DNA of 64,000 nucleotides from Kudoa neothunni (lineage: Eukaryota; Animalia; Cnidaria), in contig OZ199839.1 in assembly GCA_964304625.1 (NCBI GenBank), forward strand, positions 3,950,670 to 4,014,669, read 5' to 3'. Both the position numbers and the translations under genes were made by a program. Below, one piece after another: positions 11,881 through 24,857 of the stretch. The notes below the pieces were generated by a model. That model was not told the origin of the DNA. It made no database searches and saw only the letters and a list, made by a program, of their open reading frames with translations. Position 1 is the first letter of the stretch. Each line of letters opens with the position of its first letter.

Positions 11881-13935
11881 ATTGCGAGAGCGGGCGTGCT
11901 TGGTTGTTGCCATAGAGCCTCACATATTCTCAATCAAATTTTTCTTGTTGCCGTGTTATCTACTGAATTTCGTTACTGGTGCATATTTTTACTCTCTTTT
12001 TCGTTGTCACTTGTCGTCAGATTCGGCAGAGAAGTTGAATTCTTACTTAAATTTTGCTTCCTTAACATATTAATCTTAATTTTTTCTACATTAATACGAT
12101 TTTTGGTCCGTAAATAATTTTAGTAATGCTTAAAATATATATTTTCTGTACAACTTATATTCAAGATTAAATATTGAACAATTAATCATTTTCATCTGTA
12201 TTATAATTATTGATAAATTATTGTTTAATGTGTTATTATTAATTTTCAAATTGTTATTGTAGTTGACTTAGAATGTGAAAAATATTGTTTATTTCCCTAC
12301 TTTGTGAATACAACAAATATTTTTACTGTTTAATTTCCACATTGTACAGATAATTTTACAATAATTAACTTCAATTGAAATGTGATCAGCGAATTCTCCT
12401 AGCACAGCTTCCCAATTTTTAGTTGCTGCCATTCCTCATGACTTGCTATCTTAAGAATAAATACGCGGGGAATTTTCAAAATTAATTTGACTATTTTTGA
12501 TTTTATTGAATACAATATAAACATTAGTTTGAAGTTATTTGTCCTAATTTCCTTATGGCATATTAGCGATAAATTATTAATTTGACCTTTACTTGTCGAA
12601 TTTTTGTTCATTATGAATATCATATATTACCTAAAAATCAATATGTATAGAAATTAATCAACCATATCATCAAAATTTCAGGAAAAAATGAAAACCAATG
12701 AAAAATCCTATTTTTATATATATTTATTATATTAATATAACAAAAAATTTCACGCTGTTTTTAAAATAGATCGGAAATTTGGTTTTTTCCGATTCGTAAA
12801 AAGCGTCTTAATATAATCAATATGTTTGATCGACCATGCCACGCGCGTGCGCGTGCATTTATCGTCAACTTCTCATTTTCAAAACTATTCCGTATCTAAA
12901 AACATTTATAACTGTTGATTTTGAAAGGAAATATACAACATTGAGTTCTAGCATATATGTTTTTTTTCTATGAAGTATATACTTTATAAAATATTAAAAT
13001 AATGAATTATTACATATTACACAACAGTAATTCATGTACAACTTTTTAAAATTAATTTCCAAACTTTTCAAATATATATGAATAACTTCAGACCATGAAA
13101 AATCCTATTTAAACAAAAAATCTTGGACAGAATATATTACAATTATACCTGAAAATAATTACACTGTTTTTTAAAGTGAGTACTATTTCGAATTTTTGGT
13201 CGCGTATTCTAATGTTTTTATTCTTTAAAATTATTTCTAAATTTCGTCTAGGACACATACAAATTACTAATATTTAAAACCTATTTTGGAGAAAATATTC
13301 ATAATATAGTCCGATGGTGATGCAATTTTTTCTCTTGTTAAATTTTAAATAAGAATTGGACATGAAAGGATTGAATAAATTTTGCCAAAACCTTAAATAT
13401 AAAATTCACTCGATCATATATAGAGTTTGCAGGGTATGTTGAGTACCTCAGAGAGAATTTCATTTCTGAGCCGTGAAACTCTAATCTGGAGTGAGCCCAA
13501 GAGATCATTTTTTTATCTAAGAATCATGTTACGATGAATCAATATAACCTTCGGGACAACCTTCATAAACAAAAGCTCTTTAATGAATAATACATAAGTT
13601 TTCAATAAACAATGTTTTGTCAAAACAACTGTTGACAATATATTCAAAAATAATTTGGTAAAAAGAACAAAATTTATATGTTAAATCTCCTTCGGTGTCA
13701 TTCATGGAGTCCTTGAATTTGGTCGCAATCAAAGTGAATTTCTCAAGTAAGAAAAAGCGCGTATTGCTCAATTAAAAAGAAGTTTCGTCAAAAAAATAAA
13801 CATAATACAATTTTGAGTTAAAAAAGTAGAATACTAGATTCTAGTTTATAAGAGAAGGATTAGGATTTGGGATACGTAACACTTCTTTGCAGAATGTTTC
13901 AACACTAGTGTAGTCACCAATTTTTTCGAATAACT

Positions 13936-14730
13936 TTACGTTTTCTGTTCGTTTCTAAAGCGATTGTTGTTTGCATATTTACACCTTCGAAGGACAATAT
14001 GTGGCCAATCGGAGTCGATCTCACAATCCTCAGTGTTGTTGTAATAATGAGGCTCAACAAAGGTGAGGAATTTGACAGGCAACGAACTGGTCGTATTATT
14101 CAATTTGCTATACTCTTCATAGTTGCCTTTCTTTTGGGACATAATAACGGTTTGTCTAACTGGATTGTACACTTCTGGATAGATATCGACGGATGAGAAA
14201 TGGATCAACACTATTCTCACTCTGAGTAGAGTTGACGCTGCTAGTAGAACAAAGCGGGATCCATAAGTATTAGTATTACGAATGCGACCACAATAGGTTT
14301 CATAATCTGGGAAAAATGGGTCTTCGTCGATGATGGTTTTGTACACTTCAGGGTACTTTTCGATTTCATCGGCAATCGCATTTCTCATATCATCTCCAGC
14401 TCGTAAAACAATGCTGCCAAGCGAGTCCCGTATCGCATCCAAGCAATCGAACAAATGATGAGGAGCCATATCGTTAGGTATTTGTATGAATCCGAGCATA
14501 TCACACAAAGAATTCATGTAGTAGACATTATCTTGAAGAAGTTTGAGAGTGTCTTGTTGAGTTTTTGTGGTGATATCAGTTTTTTCATCGTTAGCCGTCA
14601 GATACCTATTGTCGTAGGTTTCGGTGGCTTTAGCTCGTCTTGAGGCCATAGGGACATTTCTGAATTGTTTACAGTAGGTTCTGATACAGCTTCTAATGGA
14701 ATTGTACATGAGATTGCCGTCGTGGGAGTT
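13936..14730 (-). CDS. OTU-like (probably catalytically inactive) domain ORF overlapping the channel ORF in the +1 frame
   Basis: Pattern GFIQIPND..HHLFDCL / MRNAIADEIEKYPEVYK / YETYCGRIRNTNTYGSRFVLLAASTLLRVRIVLI / LTFVEPHYYN follows OTU-domain layout; the DGxCLF catalytic Cys position reads His. Confidence 0.65.
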   Translation of the reverse strand, partial: NSHDGNLMYNSIRSCIRTYCKQFRNVPMASRRAKATETYDNRYLTANDEKTDITTKTQQDTLKLLQDNVYYMNSLCDMLGFIQIPNDMAPHHLFDCLDAIRDSLGSIVLRAGDDMRNAIADEIEKYPEVYKTIIDEDPFFPDYETYCGRIRNTNTYGSRFVLLAASTLLRVRIVLIHFSSVDIYPEVYNPVRQTVIMSQKKGNYEEYSKLNNTTSSLPVKFLTFVEPHYYNNTEDCEIDSDWPHIVLRRCKYANNNRFRNEQKT

Positions 14731-15874
14731 TCTTTTGAAGTTCTATCCAAAACAATAGATCATTATAGCTCGGCAACCCGCTAAGGTAGCTGTCAGCTTC
14801 CCCAAAAACTCGATCGTCATCATCTTCAGCGTTCACTTCGATAGCCTCCTGTAAATCTTGAGAGGATGTTTTATGTTGACGCACACATTTCTTCGTACGG
14901 GATGATTTGGATGAGCTTTTTGCCGATTTTTTCATCCCAGGACAACAGCCCATTAGACTGTCTTTATATATCCATCCCATTGCTATGGTACTCAGAATGA
15001 TCATAATAATACGCACTAACGCGTCAAAGTGAATGGTGAACAATATGAAGAATCCACTATTCAAATGGCAAATGGTAGGTAGATGGCTGTTGTCGCCGTA
15101 GGGATACGTTCTTTTAATAGGAGGGTCATCTGAGAGGTGACATTTGAATGAGAGATCGTATTTTGCCCAAGAAGCCATTGTACCAAAGGTGAAAAAAAGC
15201 GAAAGCACACAAAACGCCATCACCAAGCAGTGCTTCAAAATATAGGACCTACGCAAGTAAGGTTTGTCGGTGAGTAGATATTGGAGTCGATTCAACAGTC
15301 GATCAATAGTTTTTGAGTTGGCTTCATCATAAACAAATTCTTTAGTGATTTGAAAGGGTTTGTTTGGATCTCGATAATTGATTGGGGTAGTACTGAAAAT
15401 GCCGTTGAGGATATCAGCAAAACCTTCCATTTTTGAGAGAATGGCGGGTATTTTAAGCCATGTCAAATGGATTGTACTGATGATCATCCAGGTGAAAAAC
15501 ATAATATAAGGATAGAAAATCAAAGCCCAAGCATTAGATTCACGGCAGCATCGAGAGTTGATATACCTAAAAGCAGCAACATATTACATCAACCGTTAGT
15601 TGGTATTATGAAGATTCCATTGGGTAGACCAATGGAATCATAGACCTACTACTACTCCTCTTACTTACCTACTCTCGCTGTATCCATAAGATTTTCCATC
15701 TTCTGGATGAGTGCAAATTAACATTCCTGTTTCATAGGTGGCAATTCGGGAAAAAATTAACAAAATAATAATTCCAGCTGCTGTAACCATATAATCTAAT
15801 AGCACATCCCACCATGCTTTAAAATTGCTATAGTTCAGCACAAGCCGATCGGAATCAGCACCGCCCAATGCCAT
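14693..15874 (-). CDS. LRRC8/pannexin-like 4-TM channel domain (2 exons, intron 15567-15668)
   Basis: FKAWWDVLLDY matches LRRC8 LKPWWDVFTDY; also LICTHP, YINSRCC, FYPYIMF, WLKIPAILSKMEGF (cf. WFKFPRTSSKLEHF), two Cys in the second extracellular loop, and LPSYNDLLFWI (cf. IPDVKNDFAFML). No LRRs follow. Confidence 0.85.
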
Positions 15875-16916
15875 TAACGATTAAGATTTTATGTGTTGTG
15901 AATGGAGAGCAGATTATATGATGTTACAACTTTATTGCGCACGCTCACCTATTTGCTTCATATACGTGATTAGCAGCCATTTTACTTATATTGATGCTAT
16001 TGTCGTCAAATCACCCACGCAATACTTAAATCAATCAATTGTGTGTTGGCCCACTACTAGATATGTACTAAAAATTGTTAACACCTGTTTAGCTTATTAG
16101 GAAAGTCGACTAAAATTATTAATTCAATCTTTTTAATTTAACTGAAAATTAAATAAATATTTTGTGATTAGCAAGTAACGCAAGCGTTATTGATAATATC
16201 TATGCTGTGACAATGTAAATATACTACTCTGTTGTTACATTTAAACGTTATTATATAAAAATGGCTAATTTTAATGTATTTCATTTTAAATCCAATCCAT
16301 GATAATATTATAATTAAGTCTTCGTGATGATTCAAACGATTCTTATATGATAACTGCTAATAAAAATAAAGCTACAGTAAATCCATGACAACAAAGTCAG
16401 CATTTATCTATAGTTTGAAAACAATAGGTGAAAACTAAGCATAACATTAAACAAACTGGTATTTCCGAAAGAACTGCGCGCGTTTTCGTAAAAAACAACA
16501 GGTTGTAGGCTGAAAACACCCGCCGCTGTAGTACCTGCTAATTATAATTGATTTTAAAATTTATCTATAATTATGAAGTTATTCTATTTTGCAATCTAAC
16601 GGCAACCTGTGTTAATTTAAGAAAATATCTTGCGTCCCCAATAGCATCATTAATTTTTTGGTAGCGTCGTGCTTTATGTATGAAAACGTCTTTCTTATAA
16701 AACTATTTAATTTTAAGATTATAAAAATAAATTGTTTTATTTCACTCGTCTATTTGGCTGCCTATGTTAGGATTGTGGTTGCCAATATGTGCGGTGACCC
16801 CCCTTATCCACAAAAGTACGGCATCCTCACATGAGATTACGGCACCGTTGAGATTGAATTGAAACGTATTTGTTGCTTTGGATAATCTGTTGTTTTAGTG
16901 TTTGGATAGTTGTTAA

Positions 16917-17234
16917 ATGATGACGATAAAAATCAGGCGAAATCAACTTTCAGCAAAAAGAGTACTATTTCCTGAAGAAGGTAGTTCAACTGTTGGCCGA
17001 TATGAACTAGAGTTGATTGAGAATGAACAATTGACCCATAAGGATAAATCGGAACAATGGAATTTTAATTTTGAAACCGGACAACCCTTGATATGTGGGA
17101 TAAACGATTGGATAGTGATTAATCCAGGAGATTCTTTTCCTTCAACTCCTCGAAAAAAATCAAACCGCCGTTCCTTGTCCCCTAACAAACTAGCCAAAAA
17201 AATCAATCAATTTGGAATCAAATGCTCTAGATAA
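16917..17234 (+). CDS. Cip/Kip family cyclin-dependent kinase inhibitor (p21/p27-like)
   Basis: Cyclin-binding SAKRVLF, CDK-binding QWNFNFETGQPL..G..DW, basic tail with TP/SP phosphosites. Confidence 0.82.
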   Translation: MMTIKIRRNQLSAKRVLFPEEGSSTVGRYELELIENEQLTHKDKSEQWNFNFETGQPLICGINDWIVINPGDSFPSTPRKKSNRRSLSPNKLAKKINQFGIKCSR

Positions 17235-17387
17235 AATGATATTTACAACTGTTGTCTAAGAGAATCCGAAAGAACACCATGTTGTGATCAAATATTGAAA
17301 AATTAAATGTCCAACCCGCTCTAACCAACAACTTGATATTATAATGACTTCTTTTTTTATCATAAATGTAAATACGTATCTAACCTA

Positions 17388-18526
17388 ATGATACGTCGAT
17401 TGTTATTACATGGATTAGTTTTTATTTATGGTTTTTTACTTGTGTTTATTTTTCGCCATCCATTGATTACTAATACAACAGTTTATTGCATAAATAATAA
17501 AACTCAAACCTACCTCGGTGTTAATAGACGCGTTCAATTTGAATCAATTCATTTTCACCAATTACCCCTATCCATTGGATACACCTTTAAAGGTTTACAA
17601 GAAAATAAATTTAACACAATTTACCCAGAATTTACCAGATAACTACTGCAACCGTCTAATCCTTAATGATTTTTTTTTGTATTGCATTAAGTTGCTGTTT
17701 TTATAATATTTACTGTAAGTAGTTAGTTTCATGAATACTTGTGGTTAATTTTGAATAGATTGTGTGAAACCGGATGATGATCTTGAGATTGATCTACCTG
17801 ATTCTGAAATAAAACCTGTTATCTACCCAAAAACTGGTAATCTACACATACGATATATCTTAAACAATAGTGAAATTTAATGTTTGAATTAATTAATTAA
17901 TTAGCAATAATGACAATAATTAGTTTGAACTCATGTGTAAAATGAAGTGTGGACGTCGACCAATGATATAATACATTATATTCATTTGAATGAGCCTACA
18001 AAATTAAATATAATTGTTTCCATGAATAAAAAACATATAAATTAAATTGAATACAAAAATAAATAGCCTGATTAATTTTTTATTTGGTAGTATAAAAGTA
18101 TAAAAATTGTAATCAAATTCTATGTAGGCAAAGATTTTGATGTAATCATCAAAATTAAGGAACCATTCTTGGATAAACTGCTCGACAAATCTTCAAAAGA
18201 GTTCAATTTATTGCGAAATAAACTCCAATTAGCTGTACCTAACTAAATTACGTTGTTGATTTAATGAGTTAAATTTTTGTCTAGATACTTCAACTCTACG
18301 TGGATGATGATTACTATCAAGGAACTCACATTTTGGAAATTTCGTAAGTTTGATTAATGTTGAATTTTATGATATTTGAAAATTATTAGTAACTCAACCA
18401 GTTATAACGCTAGATTGTTTGTGAGATTTACCGAAGAAGGTGACGACCATCTGGTACCATTGAGTGATGGCCTCATGTCTGGAAAGCTCGGAAATATTCC
18501 TGTCCACAACTTTTTTCTAAACGCTA
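17388..18526 (+). CDS. Secreted SEA-domain protein, 5' exons (likely continues at 26995)
   Basis: Signal-peptide-like MIRRLLLHGLVFIY/VYC. Spliced exons near 17759, 18129, 18285 and 18390 give QDFDVIIKIKEPFLDKLLDKSSKEFNLLRNKLQLA/ILQLYVDDDYYQGTHILEIS/NSTSYNARLFVRF, a SEA-like pattern. Confidence 0.62.
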
Positions 18527-19549
18527 GTAATTAAATTATCTTTGTTTTAATCGTTTTAACAATTGTAACACAAGAATTAAAATTAACATTCAAATCTGAA
18601 TCCTTTCGATCGGAAACTTTTATTCAGACTCTCAATTTTATTAGAGTTTTAAGTGAAAAATATAAATGAGAAATGTTGGAGAACAATAGATTTATAACCT
18701 TAAGCTTTTCAAATTTATTAATTAAAACAACGAGTTAAAAAATTTTTAATTTAATGTTTTCTAATTTCTAATTTATTACAATTTGCTAATTTAATAAAAT
18801 ATATAATTCAAGTACATAGTATTATTTTGAATGCTTCGTTTTAGCTCTTACGTGTATGCGTTCTTATCAAGTACTAATTGTTGTTAATATTAATCTTCAT
18901 TCAATTATGATATTCATTTGTTTACCCATAATTAAGATAGAAAAAGTTAATTTTTAGTTTATATATTTTACCGATTCAGTACAATAAGGTTTAATTTTTA
19001 ATCCTTAAATCTTGATCTAATACATTGTTTATAATATAAATCCATCAAAAATTTATATATCGTAATTACCATTTTATACAAATCTCAAAAAAAACGGATT
19101 TCATTAGTGATTAAATTTAAAATTATTATAATCGATCTTTTAGCCATTATTCGCGTATACATAAACGAATGTCTCTATGTAAAAGCGCAGGTGCGATATA
19201 CTTAATTCTCGGTAGAAGATTATTTACGGAACTTTTAAAGTTCATGATATTTAAAAAATTTTTTTCTTTCTTATTAAAACTTTGAGAGATGATAAATAGT
19301 CCAAAAATTCCATGAATTCAGTAATAAAATTAACATTCATTTATTTCAGAGGGAGTAGCTACTTACATAGTAAATAATATAAGAGCGCCCCCCCCCCCCA
19401 ATGTTTACTATATTTAACTACAGTAATTTAACATCAACTTGCAACCTCCGCACGAAATAGAGTAAAATGTGTGGTATCCTGCTAAAGTGAGATTAAAAAT
19501 TCCAATTATTTTGATGTTGATTCATCAAAAATACTATATTTCGGTTTAA

Positions 19550-21646
19550 CTCTCTATCAGATGAAAAAACCACACCCTCCAAGGGGCTTTGGGATAAAAA
19601 AATACCCCATAATATTTTACATTTAACTTATGTCGAAAATTATTATAAGGTAATGAGATAAATATGGGGAAATTCTGCCCACGGAATGTTGAGAAAACAA
19701 TCAATTACTGCTTAATAATCCTCGGAGACCTGCTTCGGTAAGATTAAGTATTATTTCGTAATAACTCGTGATTAGAACGTATAATATGTTTAACCTCATA
19801 TGAAATAACGATAAACAAAAATTTCAATGACAAATAAGATATAAATTCTATCAAAGATAATCTATGCGGACAAATGCAGAATAATGACCAAAATCCAAAA
19901 CAACCACAGCGAAAAAAATCGACCATGGTGAATAATTTATTTTTGTTTATTTCTTAGTTTTGATCCAACGTGATTTTACATTTAATATTCTCTTTAATAT
20001 ATATGATAGTTATTGTAATCTATTATGTATCTCCTAGTCCCTCGTAATCATTTTTACAGACGATAACTAGGGCATGTAATTTTCGATTTAAACCGTCGAT
20101 TTTATCAGGTTAGTTCGACGTTTATTTTTTGGGGTTGTTTCGGAAGGGGGGTCTTAATAAAAATGGGGAAAAATTTATGTGATTTAGAGAATTATATTGA
20201 GGATTGAGTTAATTAAGAAATTATTTAAAACGAATTTGTTTACAAATACCGTAACTTAGAGTTACTCAAAAAACAAAACCACATGTAGAAACATATTGCA
20301 TTGCTCAAGCATCGTTCAATGATAGGATCGTTAAAGCACCTCTTTCCTGACCTCTTTTGTTATTTAGAGATCATAAAAATATAAAGATATGTCTTGTTTC
20401 AGCTTTAATGTAGTTGGATTACGATTTAAAATAATAGATAGTTACACAAGACCTAAAAGTTTTTCCTGAATATATTGATATTGTCCTGCAGCATGTTCAT
20501 GTTCGAATGATAAAACTTCGGTTGATAATAACTTACCTACATTGTTTGAAGAAAAAGATTTTAGCAACGCCAACTTTGCCGACATTATTGTTTAAACAAA
20601 CCGTTGTCTTCAATCTTGGCAAAAATCTTTTCGTAGATGAGGCATGTTTTTTTTCAGAGGAAAAAACTCTATTCTATTATAATTATATTAAAATAGAGGA
20701 ATTAAAAAATAATTTTATCATATTCTGTGTAATGTTAATTTGTGTTTATTGCGTCATAAGGATGTCTGCGCATATCTGTTTATAATTTCCTTTATGCGTA
20801 AAAATGTCGAAAATTGCATGCTTTAGCTATAACACTCAATTAAGTAAAGCACCCTTTATGTATTCTAAAACTTAGTTGTGCCAACTGATTTCTGTGCATC
20901 GTCACAATTTCTTCTTAGCGGTTACCTATTATTAAATGAAGGAATTTATACGAATGAGAATAGCATATTTAGAACAAACATTACATATTCGGTTGTAGCA
21001 ACTGTTTAATGTTAAAACCAACAATAAATTATTTGACGAAGTTAATGAATTCCTACTCTAAATTGCTTAATACATATCACACGATTCTAATTAATAATTG
21101 TACGACTAATTATCAAACTAATTATAATCTTTCATTGATGAATGCGGCCATTGTTCCGTAATTTTACCTTTAAATTATCCAAATCTTATTTATTGGGGGC
21201 TATTTATTGTTAGCGGGCAAATTATATGGATAATTTTGTTTGTTTTGAATAATAAACACTGGCGCGTTACAACGCTTGTTGAAACGACAGCTTACGATAT
21301 ATACGGCACCACGTAATTAATCGGATTACTTCGAATAATAATTATTCAATTTCTCAGCATTCCTTAAGAAGAATTTTTCAAAATCTTCCATTTCGTTTTG
21401 TAATAATTTCCTGCATTCATTGAACTAAAAAAATCCAGGAGTCTTTTTGACCCCAAAGCCGTTGGAGAAAAAAATTTTGTTCGATAAGAAATAATCAATA
21501 TTCATCATTAAATTTTTTATGAATTTATTTATTAAAATAGTCTAGAAGAATATAAGAAATGTTAAGTATCTAAGATAATTATTAAATATTCTATGAACAA
21601 ATTAAAATCCTTTAGGGGCCTAAAATACCCTAAGCCCGTTAGAGGG
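19550..21646. mobile_element. Degenerate TTAA-flanked piggyBac-type non-autonomous element; end pairing uncertain
   Basis: TTAA|CTCTCTATC at the left and GTTAGAGGG|TTAA at the right, with GGG..CCC subterminal palindromes like other copies in the window. Confidence 0.4.
20068..20825. mobile_element. hAT-type deletion derivative
   Basis: TIR TAGGGCATGTAATTTTCGA vs TCGAAAATTGCATGCTTTA; flanking 8-mers ACGATAAC/GCTATAAC (6/8) fit a decayed 8-bp TSD. Confidence 0.55.
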
Positions 21647-22286
21647 TTAAAGAATACGAAAGCAACCATTATATAATTTTATCATGTTAGATTACCTGCT
21701 CGTGAAACCGTAAATTTAACACAATTTGTTAACCACCACTATCTAGAGCTTTGATAACTACAAGGAATATTTATATCATACCTTAGGCAAATTATTTAAT
21801 TTACACCCATATAGAGAATAGACTCAACCGAAAAATTTAATCATTAGGTTTCGTATTATAAATTGTTTTATGGCGCTCAAATAACTAAACTTTCGTTGAA
21901 AACATAAAATGCACTGATTTGAACTGTTTTTTATTAAAATAATACCTCTGATTTTGAGTAAATTAGCGATCTGATATTGGCGCAAGCGCTACTTACAAGT
22001 TGATGTAGGAATATTGTATTTGTGGCTCCTAAGTACTAAGGGGGTAGCTCAGAAAAGTTTAATATAACAGATTATAAAAAATTAAATCTGTACACAGCTT
22101 GTGAATAAGAGTTGTTGAGATTAAAAGTTGACACCGCACAAGCGTACATATAATTTAGGATTAAAATTTGCCACAGCAATAGGATCTTGTTTTCAGATTC
22201 ATTTAGTGTAACGGTGGAGTTAGTTGCGCTGTCGATAGGAGAAGCCATGATAAAATATACTCGAAAAGTAATCTACCTAGATATCA

Positions 22287-24857
22287 CTAATCTAAATCCG
22301 GTTGACGCGTGTCATCCGTTACATTCCCCCCTTGGGAAGATCGGGACATATATGATTTGATGTTGTTTCTGTGGACAGTAGTTGGGAGATTGTCAATACT
22401 AATTGTATAAGTGGAGGGTCCATGTCTTTTAAGGACTACGTAAGGTCCTGACCACTTATTGGTAGCTGGGTTTTTGTAAACAACACTAGATTGGACTTGG
22501 ATGGGTTTAGGAGGACTTGCATTGTTGTAGTTTCTTGAGTTTTTGGATGATGAATTGGTTAGGCTTTTGAGTGCAATTGCATGTGTGCGTGAAAGTTCAC
22601 GTTTGAGATTTTTTAGGTATGACAGAGTGGTAGGAGAATTGTTCATGTTATCATTGGGCAGAATGGGTGTGAGAGCAAAGTTGGGTTTTTTACCGTAGAT
22701 AAGTTGAAAGGGAGAAAAACCAGTTGATTCATTGGTATGATTATTATAATGGTTCACTAACATTTGGAGATGGATGTCCCATAAATTGGGTTCGTCGAGC
22801 TTCAGTAGCATATGCTTAAGAGTTCGGTTGAAACGCTCCACGGCGCCATTGCCCTGAGGATGGTATGGTGTAGTATGGGATAGCTCGATGTTGAGATCAC
22901 GGCAGATTTGTACGATAATATTTGAAACGAAGTTCCTACCATTGTCGCTGTGTATACGTCTAGGCTTACCGAATTTGCATAATATTTCCTGGATGAGTTT
23001 GTCACAAATTGTCTCTGCTCTTAAATCAGCTAGTGGAATGGCTATGGCGAATTTGGTGAAAAGATCCACACAGCAGAGTATATATCTATTAAGATTATCG
23101 GTGCGATTGAAAGGTCCAATGATATCCCATTCCATTAATTGAAAAGGGAAGGTAGCTTTTAGTGGGATTAAGTTGGATTTTTCGGAAGACCATGGATTCA
23201 ATTGGCAAGTTTTACAAGAACGCACATAATTTCGGGTTTCGATTTCGTAGCCGGGCCAAAATGCGTTGTCTCGTAGCATCGAAAATGTTTTGAAGAACCC
23301 GGGATGGCCAGATTGATCATGAAATCTGTCCAAGATTTTAGCGCGCATTTGAAGTGGGATGAAAAGTTGATTGATTTCTCTATTTTCGGCTTTCAGAGTC
23401 CTCACCAAGAGGCCATCTTTGAATCGGTAAACTCTCTTACCTTTGTATTTATTTTGTTCAATGGATTTTGCGATGCTCGATATAGTTATGTCCTCTTTTT
23501 GGGCCGATATCCACTTGTCTACTGGTAGGGATAGGAAATGGACTGATATAGCATTTGATTCGCACGGTGTTCTCGATAAAAAGTCGGCGTCTACATTATC
23601 AGGGCCACGTTTGTAGACTATTTCTAGGTCGTAGTTCTGGAGAAATAGCAGCCAACGGGATATTCTACCGTGAGAGTCTTTGATGGTTTTCAGGTGAGTT
23701 AGGGGGTTGTGATCCGTCCATACTTTGGTTCTTTTGCCGTAGACATATTGGTGAAATGTTTTGAGTGCATGTACTAGCGCTAGTGCTTCTTTTTCGAAGG
23801 TGGAATAATTAATTTCGGATTTATTGAGGATACGGCTGGCATAACGTATGACATGTTTCTTGCCATTCACTTCCTGATAGAGTACTGATGCGATGGCTGT
23901 GTCTGAAGCGTCGGTGGAAATTGTGAAATTTTTATTCAGGTTAGGAAGACTGAGTAGTGGCGAGGATGTTAACAAATGTTTGATGTTACTTATTCGATTA
24001 ATAGCTTCGGTGGATAATTCAAAGGGTTTTGTAGAAATGGCATTGTAGAGGGGCTGTGCTATGCTAGCAAAGTTTGGAATTAGGTCGCGGTAATAGTTTG
24101 CGAAGCCAATGAATGATTGGAGGCGTTTGGGTGTATTGGGAATGGGTATGTCAGCTACTGATTTGATTCTATCAGGATCAGGTGTGATTCCATCTTTTGA
24201 GATTACGAAGCCGAGATATTTGATTGACGTTACCTTATAAATGCATTTTTTTGTGTTGGGTTTCCAGTTGAATTCTGTGAGACGCTTCATGATTAATTTG
24301 AGATGTTCATCGTGCTCGTTAGAAGAGGAGGAATAGATTAGGATATCGTCAAGGTAAACGTGACAGAATTTCCCAATGTAGTCATTCAAAGTTTCGGTCA
24401 TGGCTCTTTGGAATGCAGATGGGGCTGTTACCAAACCAAATGGCAACACATTAAATTCGTAGTGGCCAAAGGGAGTGGAGAAAGCGGTCGCATATTTACA
24501 ATTCTCGTGGAGTGGTATCTGCCAGAATCCGGATTTGAGGTCGATTTTTGAAAAGTAGGTGGCAGAAGAGAGGGTGGAGATAATGTCATGGAGTAATGGT
24601 ATGGAGAATTGTTCCGAAACTATCTGAGAGTTGAGTTTCCGATAGTCTACACAGAATCTATATTCATTGTTGCGCTTCTTGACGAGGAGCACTGGGGATG
24701 AATACGGACTGTTACTTTTACGTATTACACCATCGTTGAGCATATTATCTATCTGCTCCTTAAAAATTGGGGAGAGGGCGAAAGGGATTTTCCTGGTGGA
24801 GATGTGAAAGGGGTTATCGGCGAATTTGAAACAGTATGGAGGAACTTTTGCGTGATC
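22287..24857 (-). CDS. pol: Retrotransposon Pol: reverse transcriptase, RNase H, integrase
   Basis: RFCVDYRKLN, VYLDDILI, TDASD, HHCC (HDQSGHPG...CKTC) and DDE (DIIGP, HSDNG, VERFN) motifs; in frame with the protease ORF across a single TAG at 24858-24860. Confidence 0.96.
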   Translation of the reverse strand, partial: DHAKVPPYCFKFADNPFHISTRKIPFALSPIFKEQIDNMLNDGVIRKSNSPYSSPVLLVKKRNNEYRFCVDYRKLNSQIVSEQFSIPLLHDIISTLSSATYFSKIDLKSGFWQIPLHENCKYATAFSTPFGHYEFNVLPFGLVTAPSAFQRAMTETLNDYIGKFCHVYLDDILIYSSSSNEHDEHLKLIMKRLTEFNWKPNTKKCIYKVTSIKYLGFVISKDGITPDPDRIKSVADIPIPNTPKRLQSFIGFANYYRDLIPNFASIAQPLYNAISTKPFELSTEAINRISNIKHLLTSSPLLSLPNLNKNFTISTDASDTAIASVLYQEVNGKKHVIRYASRILNKSEINYSTFEKEALALVHALKTFHQYVYGKRTKVWTDHNPLTHLKTIKDSHGRISRWLLFLQNYDLEIVYKRGPDNVDADFLSRTPCESNAISVHFLSLPVDKWISAQKEDITISSIAKSIEQNKYKGKRVYRFKDGLLVRTLKAENREINQLFIPLQMRAKILDRFHDQSGHPGFFKTFSMLRDNAFWPGYEIETRNYVRSCKTCQLNPWSSEKSNLIPLKATFPFQLMEWDIIGPFNRTDNLNRYILCCVDLFTKFAIAIPLADLRAETICDKLIQEILCKFGKPRRIHSDNGRNFVSNIIVQICRDLNIELSHTTPYHPQGNGAVERFNRTLKHMLLKLDEPNLWDIHLQMLVNHYNNHTNESTGFSPFQLIYGKKPNFALTPILPNDNMNNSPTTLSYLKNLKRELSRTHAIALKSLTNSSSKNSRNYNNASPPKPIQVQSSVVYKNPATNKWSGPYVVLKRHGPSTYTISIDNLPTTVHRNNIKSYMSRSSQGGNVTDDTRQPDLD

